A DNA stretch of 64,000 nucleotides, taken from positions 496,001 to 560,000 of the forward strand of contig CP145411.1 of assembly GCA_036867785.1 (NCBI GenBank). The letters are read 5' to 3'. Of this stretch, positions 33,860 through 47,044 are shown one piece after another (the first letter of the stretch is position 1; every line of letters starts with the position of its first letter). A program made the position numbers and the translations under genes. Under the pieces are notes generated by a model. The model was not told where the DNA came from. It ran no database searches and saw only the letters and a list, made by a program, of their open reading frames with translations. Source of the DNA: Plasmodiophora brassicae (taxonomy: Eukaryota).

Positions 33860-35318
33860 ATGGCTTTTGTGGTATCGCCGCCAGCGTGCTCGGCTGCCGC
33901 GCGCGTTAGGCAGCGGGGCAAGGAGAACAAAGACGTTCGGAGGCAAATCAGTTTGCTGATGTCACGCTTCCGGTGCGGTCGCTGGATATGCAGTTGTTTG
34001 ACGTAGTACCTGTATAGGGATGTTCCTCCCCCAACCACCTGCGAACCGTCAGCATCGCTTGTCGATAATATTCGGGCGCTGGGCATTGAGATCAATGGTG
34101 ACGAAGACCTCCTTTCGTTGGATGATGTTCGGGGACGAAATGCCATACAGGCAGTGGTATCCCGAGTTGCGCACTTGAATCAGGTCATACAAGAAGTTCA
34201 ACATGATAATTTCAAACTGAAGGTACATGCCCGAAAGTCTACTTGCTGGATTTTTCTCACTGTCGGGCAGGAAGCATCGGACGCTGACAGAGACGCTCTG
34301 TCGAAACTGGCAGTGGAAAATGAGGGCCTTCGTGAATCAGTACGGTCAACACGTCATGCCACTTCGTGTTGGTCTTACCTTGTCAAAAGGCGTTCCGCTG
34401 GAAGCAGCGAGTTGATTTACTGGACAAAGAACGTTCGGCGATGGAAAAGAAATCCAAAGCTGCCATGTCACAGCTAGAGAAGCGCCTTAATGCGATCAAG
34501 TTCAAAGATAGACAGTACGCGGTACTGTACAGATTATTCGTGACGTCCATTGGGCTGTTTTTCAGTTGAGATGTAGAACGAAATCAGGAAGCGCGAACTG
34601 GAATGCGGCAAGTATCAAAAGCGTCTACGCGCCCTTATGGCGGCTGACAAATCGACGATTGAAAGATCGAGGATAAGTGTCCCCCAATCATCATCATCTG
34701 CTGCTGAAAGGTGTCGTACATCGCCGGAGGTATCGACTTGGGCACTTCGCCACTCGACCACTATATATTGGCGAACTGATTTTCTCACAGGACAACGTTA
34801 ACCTCCGGCAGTCAGTCAAGCAGTTAGAACAGGCTGTCGGTGAACTACAAGCTGAGAATGCTCGCATGCGGGAATTTATCCTTTGTGTACACAAGAGCAT
34901 CGCAAACAGCAGTTTCGGTAAAGGAGTCACCCCTCCTGTTACTGAAGAGCAACTTGCATTGCCTTTCAGTTTTGTGAGCGACAACCTTCAAACCTGGCTG
35001 ACCCAATGCGTTGCGAGGTCGAACCAGGTAATTCGGATCAGTCAATCCGGCAGTTTATTGGTCGTAGTGAAAAACCGCTTCTAGGAAAGCACACCCAGTA
35101 ACGCAGTGGATCGCGAAGACGGCGAACTAGTAAAAGCGAAGGAGACTATCAAGGAACTCAGTGCTATTATTGCTCAGCAAGAACAAGTAATCCAACGCGC
35201 TCTTTTCAGCACTTCAGGTCAGCTTGCGTCATTAGAAAATCGTGAGTTGAATTAATTCGTTGCCGAATTCGCTTAGAACCCTCGTCTTGACGGGAAACAT
35301 GTTTTCTATTTTTCCTAA
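33860..35318 (+). CDS. Coiled-coil protein, ADIP/SSX2IP-like (ends approximate)
   Basis: Coiled-coil exons with KDRQYA|NEIRKRELECGKYQKRLRALM, resembling the ADIP motif. Confidence 0.55.
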
Positions 35319-35440
35319 TGATGACGTCCATGCAACAGTTTGCCAGAAATCCGAGAATATACTCATTCCACAACAGCCTCCCCATTATTCCATATTAAGT
35401 CTGCCGTATGAATAACGTCTTTTGACAGTTTATCATTCCT

Positions 35441-36212
35441 TCATTCGATAGCATTAAAGGTGAAGCGTGAAAGAACTTCAGGGAGCGATGATAACGCATG
35501 GCCGTACTGGGAGGCGTTATCGTACAGATCGAAAAGGGGCACAGCGAGTAGTTTTAGGTTTGACGGAACAGCAAACGTACACTCCGGCTGCAATTGAACA
35601 ATATAGAGCTTGTGGACCTCTTTCGGTGACGATACGTGAGGTGGGATGTAAGGATAAAGAGGAGAGTCAAAGGTCGGCCTCCACCACGACGCTACGTGCT
35701 CACCAACCTGACGGATGTCGTGAGCACAATAAGCATATATACAGGCCTTTTCACAGATTACGTTCCAATCGATTGCAGATTCCTTGCCAGCGGAATCTCG
35801 GAACGATAGCTTGGAAGTCAGCTTCCTCTTCAACCCGGTCATCTCATCCTCTCCAGGGCGCAATCTACCTCCAGGTCTGATAGCGCATCGATGAGCGAGC
35901 GTTGACAACCGTGTCAAAGCGCTTACAGTTTAAATACTGAGTTGCTCTCTTGAAGAAGAAGCACGTGCGGGTGACGATGTAGGTGCATGATTAGTATTCC
36001 TTCCACAACTGTCTGCAAGCCATGTTCCTGAAACCTCTGTGCTCCTCTTTAGCCACGGCCAACGGTCCCACCAGGCACTCTTCCAGCACCTTCTCAAGAC
36101 GTTGCGGGTGTGTCAGCTCTTTCACAGGTAACGCCGCCTTTTCACCGAACGTCGAGTGATTCACACAGTGCAGGTCGATAACGTGGGCAGTAGTACTGTC
36201 AGCTGCCGCCAT
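35441..36212 (-). CDS. NUDT21: Cleavage factor Im 25 kDa subunit (CPSF5)
   Basis: HRHPHVLLLQ, PGGRLRPGEDE, WWRPTFDSPLYPYIPPH, FAVPSNLKLLAVPLFDLYDN. Confidence 0.95.
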
Positions 36213-36493
36213 GCCGGCTGCGGGGTGGCCCTAGCGGAGTCCGAGGCCCGCGGTACGACTGCCCCGGTGACGTAGGTAGGTACGGTCCCGCCTTGACTGG
36301 AGTGTTCTATTGATGTGGAATTCATTGATTCCCTGACCGAGCCGGAACAGGTTAAATCTTTTACTGCAGTCTCTCAGTAAATTATCATGGATTGATGTCG
36401 TCTCTCCTGGGAGTGTATTAACCCGGATTACCCAAGAAGCCCTGGATTTGACAGAGCCTGAGGCAGTTCTTGTGCGGACGCTACCAATGAACC

Positions 36494-39400
36494 ATGGCCA
36501 GGACTCCATGTTCCAGCAATTGTACAGCTTGTAGAGACAGGCAGTCTGCTGTTTCTGAAAGGCGGGCTCGACCAGGCAGTTTTTGGACTCATGCTGTCAT
36601 GCAGTCCGCAATCGGGTGTCCACTGTCCCCACCATGTATGGACCTGAGGCGTTTGACGACGACCCCATGTGGGATGAGTCCGTCGATGGCCCAGACGTGG
36701 ATGCTAGCGACGAACTGCGGCATGCCCTGCCCGCATATGCCAACAAGGCAATCAGTGACATTGATGCGGCGCGAATTCCTGCGGATGCTTCAGGGCAGAT
36801 CGCAGCCGTTCAGATTGCACTTCGCCCGCCTTACTGTGACGAGATATTCGGAGGTCAGTGGGACGGGGGATGTGGTTCACGACGAATTCTGAATTATCAT
36901 TTTCTTCTATCCAGATGATCTGTTACCGTGGATCCCTCTTCTCGTGCTGATGTTCAAGCAGCTATCTGAGCCGAAGATGAAATCTCTGGGGACCCTCATT
37001 CTTGATAATGCTGTTCGTCTAATTCAGCTGTTCATGCAACGCAACACACATGCGTTTCGTCACGTTTTCGCTGATATTCTTCAATGTGTAGCGGACCTCC
37101 TCGAGTATACGGAATCTGACGCTCGAACTGCTACAGAACAGGCTGGACTGTCTGCTAGAGTCCTGCTTCTGCCAAACACGTTACAGCATCTGACATGCGC
37201 TTCTCACCGGTGTGAAGCAATGCCATGCTGCTCCGATGAATTGCCGACGTGCAACGACCACTCAGGGGAACCCTGCTTTTCGGTCGATATTTCGAATGAC
37301 GATCGCATCGACATGCTGCGATCATCCTTCACTCTAGTCCTTGGGCAGTTTATGTTTGACAGCATGCTTGTCCTTGACTTCATCCCCGCGTTCGCAGACA
37401 TTCTTAAGCGGCAAATCCGTTGCGCTGCTCCAAGTGTTCAAGAGGTACACTGTCCTGGCGAATTATATCATTCTGTATACTCACTTACTCTAGGCGTCGT
37501 CCATTGCCCTTCTCGACCTCGTCAAGTCGATGGTACCGCCCCCTGAATCCGCAAGGGTGTCCTTGCTTTCTTTGTTCGATATCGTGTCAACGGATTCGTT
37601 CCGGACCCCTACTCTCGAACTGCAAGTCGTTCAACTTGTGGACTGGCTTTTGCTTCCGCTACCGGCAGACCAGCTCAAACCGTATGCTCGCGCTCTTGCT
37701 TCTCTCTGCCCGCGCGTGCTAGAATTTGCTCATTGCTCTGAACTTCGGTTCAAAGTTGGGGACCTTATGTTCCATTTGCATAAATTGTTCCCGTTCATGC
37801 TGCTCTACCTGCCTTCATTTCGGGTGTGCTTCGATCGGGCGGCTGCTTTGCTGCCACCGATGCGATCGTGCTTCATGCATATCGTCCAGACTCTTCCTGA
37901 ATGTTTTCATTCGTCTTCTTTGACAGCTTGTGACAATGTTGCTGTCTCGGATTGTGTCTCATCGCTGTCACCGTCCGATGTTTTCCATCGCACAAGCTGG
38001 ACCTTCTTCCAAGACGCTTTACGCCGCGTGTCGGAGCAGTCCCCTTGTGCGTCCCTTGATGGGATTTCTTTCGTGTGTGACGTTTTCTCCTGGTTCGCAA
38101 TGGTGCCATCAGACGCTAGCACATTGAGTGGTGTCCAGTCCGCTCTTGTACCTGTCGTCGTTGGTTGGCTGTATGCCGTGTCAGACCAGGTTGAAGACAA
38201 GCGTTGGGACACCAAAGCTGTCACTTCAATGCGTTTATGTGCACTGGACTTTCTTCGTCGTATTTCACAATGGCCTCACACTGCAAAGTGTTTCGGACAC
38301 GCGTATTTGCGACTTTTGACCGCATGCATGGTCGATCGTGAATTGTTACCAGACATGTTGCTGGCGTGGGGACCTCTGCCGGTTGTTGATTTGAATGCAG
38401 AGAGAATGCTTCTCGTTCGCCTCCTCGAATCGCCAAACCCAACGTCAGTTAATCATCTACCGAGAGTAACTGCCAAATTTCCCGAAGAGGTTCGAACCTG
38501 GACCATGTCTAGATTGGCTGAAATACTGACGGAAACTGGTGACAACGACATGGAAATCGCAATTGCTGGCACATGTGGTCGACTCTGCTGCATTGCTGCA
38601 GATATCACAGGTACTAACAACACTGGAATGTGCCCGACGTGCGATGCTTCCAACGAATCGGACAAAGTCGCTCCATCCAATAGACAGAGTCGTCAAACAG
38701 CGTGGCGAAGCGTGTCTTCATTCGTCACTCTTCTTGAAGAGAGGCGCAGTGCTGCTGTTCGCGCGGCTATGGCCACCTCCTTGTTTCGTTTTCTGCGTCA
38801 CTGTACAACAGAGAGCCTGCGACAATCATCTAGCGAATTACGGTCTCTTGTGCTCAGTTTATTGGTCGACGACCACGCTGATGTTCGCTCGTCGGTGGCG
38901 AGTTCGATCACACTTCTTGTGGAAGATGATGTCGACTTGGACCATTGCGGACTGGTCACTCTCTTTGTGCCAGACAGTCTGCAATCCGTTAGCCGTTCGA
39001 ATCGTATCGCGAAGGCAGTGAACGAGTTGGTGTATGGTCTGGCTGAGGTTAGTGCGCTGTTTCTGGTCGCCCACACATGACAATGACGTCTTGGTAGGCA
39101 AATTCTAATCCCAACAATCTTGAGTCCTACAAGGATGCTCTAACAGCTCTTGCGAAAATGGCGATCCGCTTGTCAGGAACCGCACGTTCGATTATCGTTT
39201 TCCTTCTCATCCAAAGGTAGAACTTGCCAGATTGCATGGTTTCGTTCGCATTTGACATCGAGTACCATGTTGCCGCAGTATGTTAGATGAGGATGTGAGT
39301 CTCAGAGCTCTAGCGTATCAGCAGATTTGCTTCGTTGCGCAAAGTTCCGGTATGTCGACGTCCGAGCTCATTCGTCAACCGTACGTGGAGGAGACCATCC

Positions 39401-42400
39401 TGAAATGGTTGCCTCAGCGTCGACTGGTTTGTGACGAAGTATGTGAAGCGTTGCTAGACGTCGGCGTAGAAACGTTTCTTGAGGACGCTTTGCCCCTGGT
39501 TCTGCCAAAACTCGTTCTAGACCAGGCAATTGAAGTTCTTAACGAAATCAGCACACGTCTGCACGTTCAACTTAGCACGTTGGTTGTCGAAAGGATAGCT
39601 CCAATACTTCATCACGTCCTGGCCAATCCAGATATCGAACCTAGCAGAGCGACCAAAGCCATCGAGTTTTTATGCCAGCGCATCGTCCCCGGATACCGGT
39701 TTTCCGATCTGCTGAAGCTTTCAAAACAGGGTCTGGTTGTCAGTCTTATCGATTCCATGGGGATACCTGCCCAACGCAACAGTGCTGAGCATGCACTACA
39801 AATTCTTGTTCTTGCCGACAGTGGTGTCGGGTTTGGCGAGTACAAGACATCTGAACAGTTTGCAATTCCGGACGCCAGCACGATGTCCGCTTTCTGTGCC
39901 GACTTCTTTCTCATGATATGCGATAACCTGAACAATGTTATCCAGAACAGCAACACCGGCAGTGTCGACCGGAAGGTCCAGGCCGTTCGTAGTCTCAAGT
40001 GCTTAACCCAGCTCGTGGGCCCACGTCTATCTAACTTTGCATCTAAGATGGTGGCTACAATGAAGGTTGGTCTCGAAAGGGTTGGTGACCCTGCAGTGAT
40101 TACCGAGATTCTCCTTTTGTTCGAATCATTCTTGGATGCCTTGGCAGCGGACCACCTTGGCACTTGCCTAAGCCAGATCGTTGTTACTCTGTTATCCTGT
40201 TGGCGATCCCATGCATCCTCTGCCCTAATCCGTGATCGAATTGTGGAGATACTCGACCGGTTGCTCGTTGGAAGAAAGAGTGAACTGTCGAAGTACTTCG
40301 CCGAGCTATTGCCGATGATCCCTGAAGACCCGGAATTAGCAACTATTCGCCACTCTGTTTCTGGATTAACTCGAGACGTGGACGTAACGCGCCGCCTTTC
40401 CAGCATGCTGTTGTCCGTCGACAATGAGAGCTCAAATGTACGGGAAATGGCTCTCACACAGTTGCGAGATGCGCTCTCCCAGCCTTCTACTGCCCAGACT
40501 CTCATTAATTGCGTTCGTAATGGCGATTCTCTTTTGTTCGTGCTCGTCACTGCTCTGCTACGTCGCTGTTCCGATCCATCTTCATCAGTTCGATTGCTTT
40601 GCGCTGAATGCATTGGGGCGTTAGGCGCCGTTGATCCATCTTTAGTTGGGACAATCCACAACATGAAACCTGCGCAGGAGATTGGTTCCGTGGAATCGTT
40701 CGCGCTGATTCTTTGTGTCGATTATCTTGCCAAAGCAGTACGCTCGTCAGCACCCAAAGCTCAGAATAGGGCTATGTTCGCCGTCCAGGAAATTTTGAAG
40801 TTCGCCCATTGCCGCCCAGAAACGCCTGAACTATTCGCTGAAGCCTGTACGGGAGGGAACATCAACGACTGGATATCGCGAGTTGATTTCGCCGACAGAA
40901 AAGGTGTGGAGTTTTGGGCGTCTTTGCCTGATGCTGTTCGCGAACTGCTATCTCCTTGTCTTACCAGCGGCTACCATATCGCTGATCGTGCGGCACCTGC
41001 GTCGACCACGTTTCACCGAGTCGGAATGGCCCATGAGCGGTGGCTTTCTGTCTGGTGTCGTTATTTAATTTCTCGATCATCTGGGCCTTTGAGCGACGTG
41101 TTTAGGGCCTGCCGTGGGGTCGTCGTCTCTGACGTTAATACGGCCACGTTTCTTTTGCCTCACTTGGTGCTCGACGCACTCGGTGCTGGAGAACTGAACC
41201 AAATTCGAGACGAGATTCTGGGGATCGTGAACCATGACTCGGGTATCCAGGAGCGCCGAAGTTCAGTTCAGGCAGTCTTCGAGCTCCTGGACATTCTCCG
41301 TCAGTTGCTGATCAAGTCTACTGGAGTAGGACTATCACGGTTTGGTTACTACTCCGATCAGCCAACCGGCCAGCTGTCCTCACTACTCAATGGTATTCCC
41401 GATCGTGTCCTTGCATTCGCTGCCCATGCTTGCGGTGCTCACACGCGAGCGCTACGCCACCTCGAGATGCACGTTCGGTCGTCTGACACAGCGGCGACTC
41501 TTGAAGACCTTGACTTTCTTCAACGGGTCTTCGCGGATCTTGATGATGCTGATGGCATGCAAGGGCTTTCGTTCCTTCGGACGCGGCCGCCATCGCCCGT
41601 TGAGCAAGCGCGTGACTTGGAGAGCCTTGGCCAGTGGAATGATGCACTGATATGTCACCAAGAGCAAGCGCGTAGCGATCCGGACCATCACGATACTCGA
41701 GTCGCACTACTCCATTGCCTCCTACGTCTTGGCCGGTATGAAAATTGTATTTCCGAGGTCGCCGAGATCATCGGGGATGACAATCATGTTATGGATAACC
41801 CCGTTATGTCGAAACTATTATCATTTGGTATCGAATCGGCATGGCGCTCTGCGAACTGGGCAGCACTCGAACGCTTCATGATCGCTCATCCTGACCCATC
41901 TTGCTTTGAGTAAGTGCCATACGTGTACTGGCGCACAGCTACTAAGTGACCCCAATGCATTGACAGAGTTGGCCTGGCAAACGTGATTTCTGCTTGGAGG
42001 AGTGATGACGAGGAAAGGGTAACCGCAACACTGCAGCAAGCAAGGTTCAACATCATGAGCCATCTTGCAGCTGCTGCTCAAGAGTCATATGCCAGAGCGT
42101 ATCCCTTCTGGGCGCAGCTCCAGTTGCTGAACGACTTTGACCTAGCCAGGACACGTGTCACCGCTTCGGTTTCTTGGCCATGGCAGCAGCGTATTGCCAG
42201 CATGCAGCCAGCATTCACAACTAGAGAGCCGATACTGTCCGTTCATCGACTCGTGTTCGAGGTTAGGTATCGTTTTCTGAAGACTCCATTTGAACTGAAT
42301 CGTTGTATAGGCGGCATGTCGGGACGACCTAGCTGGCCAGTGCTGGCTTCAACTGGCCCGGGAAAGCCGCTTATCGTCAGAGTTCGATCAGGCATCGTAT

Positions 42401-44811
42401 GCGGTCTTACGAGCGAACAGACTACAGGTCCGGAACGCGTGTTTGGAGCAGGCAGAACTATTACGTGCACGAGGGAATTTCTCTCAAGCGCTGATTGTCC
42501 TTGAAGAACATATTGCGAGCAGAGGACAACTTCCGATCGGCTATACGTCTCAGGAACGTCAAGAAGAACTCAGCAACATGCAGTGTCTCGTTGGCGAGCT
42601 GATGCAGCTATCGGCTTCGCGTACGTCGGATTCGATCCTGTCCACCTACCGTACAGCGATCGCCCATTGCTCGACGCTTGACAAGCCCCATTTTCTATGG
42701 GGTTCATTCATGGACACTCTTCTGCGCAGCGAGCTGGACGTTCAAATAGATGATTCGGACCGCCGTGACGTAATCAAGAAACTGGTGCCTGACATTATCC
42801 ACCATTATCTGCTGTCCGTGATGTCGAGCAGCGGGTATGTGTTCGACACGCTGCCTCGAGTCGTTACTTTATGGTGCGAGCATGCCGAAGTATTCGTCCC
42901 GAACGGTACGTCGAAATCGAAGGGTGGGCCGTCATCAAATCGTGTCAACGACGTCGCCGCCTGGATTAGCGACTGGATCAAAAAGGTCAGTCCACACAGT
43001 TCAGCATGGCATGGAATCACACATGCTCCTTTCAGGTCCCAGCTCACAATTGGTACGTCGTACTGCCTCAGCTGGTCTCCCGCCTTCAGAACGAGAACGC
43101 GTCTGTCCAAGAGTTTCTTACCGCCGTCATCGTGCGAACGTTTCTGGCCCATCCTCGGCAGTCTACCTGGATTGTCGCCTCGGTTCGCCTGGTCGTTTAC
43201 CTGTGGCCACCACGTCAACTGACGCCGATACATGCCACTGTAGATTGAGCATTACAAGAGTGACGAGCATCGCAATCCTGTAATGCGGATTTTAAAGTCG
43301 GTTGGTTCCAAGATGAATGGAGCCGCACGTGAAGAATTGCAGAGGGCGCAACGGCTTCTGTCCCTTCTCGTCGAGCTGTGCACGTTCCAAATCGCCAAGG
43401 AAATCAGGTCCACTCGCCTGCCCAGCAACGTTCGTCGATTCTTGAAAGCCAGCAAAGAGGCTCTTATGATGCCGCTTCAGTCTGCCATGACTGTCGCGAT
43501 TCCAGAACGTCCACCTGACGCACCGGGTGTCTCCTCGTCAGACGTGGTCAACCCCTTTCCTCTTGAAACGGTTATGATAACTGGCATAGATGACCATCTC
43601 AACATTTTGCCCTCCAAGGAGAAGCCTCGACAAGCGAGGTTCCTTGGGAGCGACGGCAGCTATCACTTGTTTCTATGCAAAGTAGAGGGCGAAGGTGCGT
43701 TGTCGACGTCTTGTGGACTGCGCGTGCCCTCATGCTTCTATGCTGCAAACTCAGGGGATATGCGAAAGAATTCACGAATGATGGAGGTTGCGAATGTTGT
43801 GAACAGGCTGTTCAGGGCGTCACCTGATTCTCGACGACGCCGTCTTCGCCTGAGGACGTATGCTGTTATGCCTCTACGCGAAGATTGTGGAATTATCGAG
43901 GTTTGTCGTTTGCGTTGCATTACGATGTGTCCTCTGGTTGTTTACTGCGTCCTGTAGTGGGTGCTGAATACGAGCGCCTTTCGAGCAATCGTGGATTTTT
44001 ATCAGAGCGACCTGCCCATGTCGGCTAAGCAGGCGGCTACCTACTACGAGGCACATGCATCTGAGCCTGTGGCTCGGTACCACCACTTGCGGAAGGTCAT
44101 GCAACCTCGCCTGCATCGCTTCTTCATGGACACTTTCCCTGAGCCCACCACGTGGTACGAAAATCGCATGCTGTTTACGCGGTCATGGGCTGTATGGGCC
44201 ATGGTAGGCCACATTGTCGGCCTTGGTGATCGTCATGGTGAAAACATCTTGCGTGGGTTTCCGACGCGCCTCTCGAGTATATCCCTGCGTCTAACCATCG
44301 CTACCTGTAGTGGATCGCTCCAATGGGGAAGTGATTCATGTCGACTTCGACTGCCTGTTTGACCGCGGCCTGAACCTGAGAACGCCGGAAGTCGTTCCGT
44401 TCCGCCTCACTGCAAACGCTCTAGACGGAATGGGAATCACCCAGGTAACAAACATTTTTAAGACAGCTGCTCCACAATGTGGTTGACAGCAAGCGTGTCA
44501 TATAGCATGAAGGCGTATTCCGAACCAGCTGCAACGTTGCAATGCGTGTCCTTCGTGACAACAGTGGCGTCCTGCAGAAATGCCTCGAGACGTTCGTGCA
44601 CGATCCGCTAGTTGAATGGAAAAGCAAGCGAGTTCTGCACCAAGGGCTTGGCGAGAAGGCTATGAAGAATGTTGAGAACCGCCTAGCCGGCAAGATTGCC
44701 AATTCCACCCTTCCGGTGTCAGTGGAGGGGTACGTCGATCATCTTATTCGAGCCGCCATGTCGCCGGATAACCTTGGGCGCATGTTCGTGGGCTGGATGC
44801 CCTGGAGCTGA
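36494..44811 (+). CDS. ATR: Serine/threonine kinase ATR (PIKK), multi-exon
   Basis: HEAT-like region, CIGALGAVDP, ESYARAYP (FAT), PSKEKP, DMRKNSRMME, LRLRTYAVMPLREDCGIIE|WV, GHIVGLGDRHGENIL, HVDFDCLF, FATC NLGRMFVGWMPW. Start codon tentative. Confidence 0.95.
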
Positions 44812-44963
44812 CCGATCCAGAACAACATCTGCCTTCCGTATTCTTAATGAACTCTGCGATAAACTATAATATTCCAGTCGCGAGTGTGACTGTTCCCGCA
44901 ATACGCCTCCGAGGCAGGAAGCATCAGTGTATTGACTTGGAGGCATGTTCTATCACAACGCGA

Positions 44964-45341
44964 TTACTTGTTCATGACTTCCGAGAGCTCGGAGAACTTG
45001 GCCTTGGCGCGCTTGTGTGTACCAAGCTGAACAAGAAGAATACATTCGTTAGTGCCACGTTCCCGAAAGCGGATGAATCAAACACGTACGCGCTTCTTTG
45101 CGAATCGCATGGCACGCTTCTGGCTGTTAACGCCGCCACCCTTGATCAGTTCGATAACGCGCTTCTCGTAAGGAGCGAACCCGGAGACGGAGCGGATCAC
45201 GCTTCGCACCAGCTTGCTGCGCGAGCCCAGCTTCCCCTTGCGGTTCGAGGGACGCTCGCGCTGCACGCGCTTGTTGACGACATGGCCTTTGGCAAGACCG
45301 CCGGCGATGCCGGGAACGGTTCCAGTCGGTCGCGCGAACAT
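44964..45341 (-). CDS. RPL36: 60S ribosomal protein L36 (eL36)
   Basis: GLAKGHVV..RPSNRKG..SGFAPYEKRVIELIK..KRAMRFAKKR|LGTHKRAKAK; intron 45027-45089. Confidence 0.97.
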
Positions 45342-45602
45342 GGTGTCTACGGGTTCCCTGTGATGCGATGCAGCGCCCACGGACACCGTGGCGCACACCG
45401 CGCGTCGACTATACGAGCCGACGCGCTAATAATACATCCGGCCCATGGTTGATAGGGAATTTCGTCAGGTGGATTGTATTTTCAATATTTAGACCGACGA
45501 AGGAGACGGCTGATGCACATTACAGGTGGAGCAGGTACTCTATATGTGGACTATTTCTGCTTGGATAGTTGTGTAGGCGTTGTTGTGACGATGATGATGG
45601 GT

Positions 45603-46595
45603 TCAGAATTTCTCCGATGATGTGCGGCCGGTTCCCGATGATTTCGCCAATTTCGGGCAAGAGCTGATGCCGTGCAGGCCAGACGAGCAAAACCCGCAGA
45701 TGTGTGCGAACCGGCACTTGCTGCTACCTAGACGACACTGGCTTTCATTGAAGAACGAGCACGTGGCGTTGCCCAGAAAATCACGAGAATAAACGTATCC
45801 AGATCGGGTGGCGTTTCGTTGGAGCGGCGACGAGACACGCTCGCTTCGTCGTCGCGGTGCGGGAGACCGACTGCGCGACGAACGGTGCCCATGATCATTC
45901 TGTTGCGGTTTTGATTTCTTCAATGCCGTTGCTAGGGCTTCGTGGACGTTAAGCGACGTGTGGCGGTGCGAACGGTTTGGCGAATTTGCTGCCGACTGCA
46001 CAGACATACAACCAGAATATGAGCATGCACCGGGGCGCGGAAAACCCAGAACGCAATCGAGGGGGACGAAAGAGAACGCGACACAACGAATCAGTCAACG
46101 AATCAAACGACTAACCTGACGACGCGACTTCGACGACGGCCACGACTTGGAGACGACGGCGCCCTCCGGGGTGGCTCGCGAATATACATGGCCGCCATTG
46201 ATTGCCGTTTCCGTGACGCCAGGTGATGGAGAGCTGGCAAAGATTGGCGGGCCACCTTCTTCAGCATTTAGGTGAGCTGCATTTGGCGGCGTAATCGTCA
46301 AGACGTGCGATGCGAAATCTTTCATCTGCTCGCAGAACTGGACGGCCTGTTCAGCAAAGACGCGCACGTCGGCCGCGATCGGGGTTTCCGATGGCAGCAG
46401 GACGACTTTGACGCCGCTCCCCTGGATCTGGTCCAGCAGCTGCGACAGCGTCGCCTGCGCTGCGCCGCGCGCCTGTCGCTCTTCGGACAGGGCCCGGCGC
46501 AGGACGTCGTTCTCGACCTGGAGGCGCGCGTACTTGCTGGCGAAATCGGCCAGGTCGGAGTACTGCAGGAGCGGGCCCTGCGCCGACTGCGACAT
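45603..46595 (-). CDS. Coiled-coil protein with C-terminal CCCH plus CCHC zinc fingers
   Basis: Two exons; CSFFNESQCRLGSSKCRFAHICGFCSSGLHGISSCP. Confidence 0.65.
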
Positions 46596-47044
46596 TGTCG
46601 TGCGCGTCCGCCGGCCGAACCTCCCCCCGTTGCAACCCGGGTCCCTCGACAAAAACTACGTGGCAAGTGTGTGGCCCGCGCCTGACGCGCCTCCGCCCAC
46701 GCCGTGCGACACCGCGGCGTGCGACAGCGGCAGCAGCTGAATTTCCCGACCGCAGCAATCGAATCTGCCACGCGGCATTTGCCTGCCCACGTCTTTTTTG
46801 GGACGGCTGCCGCGGCAAACGGGGGGCGGTGCCGGCCAGCCCCAGTGCCCCACGCCCACGGGCGCTGTTGACAGTTGGCCCCGCTGGCCGCTCGCTGCGT
46901 GACTGCCCTCCCCAGTCGCGGAGTCTGACACACGTGCCAGGTGGTTGTGCCAGGTGTTCACGTGCTGATCGCTATTGCTGGAGCGTACCAGAGTGGCTGG
47001 GCCGTCTCCGGCGCGCATGACGATTGTGTGTGGCCGGCAACCGT

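Noticed and set aside
39612-40664. 350-aa antisense ORF (likewise 47817-48611 and 59020-59961)
   Set aside because: Shadow ORFs opposite well-supported genes in GC-rich sequence.
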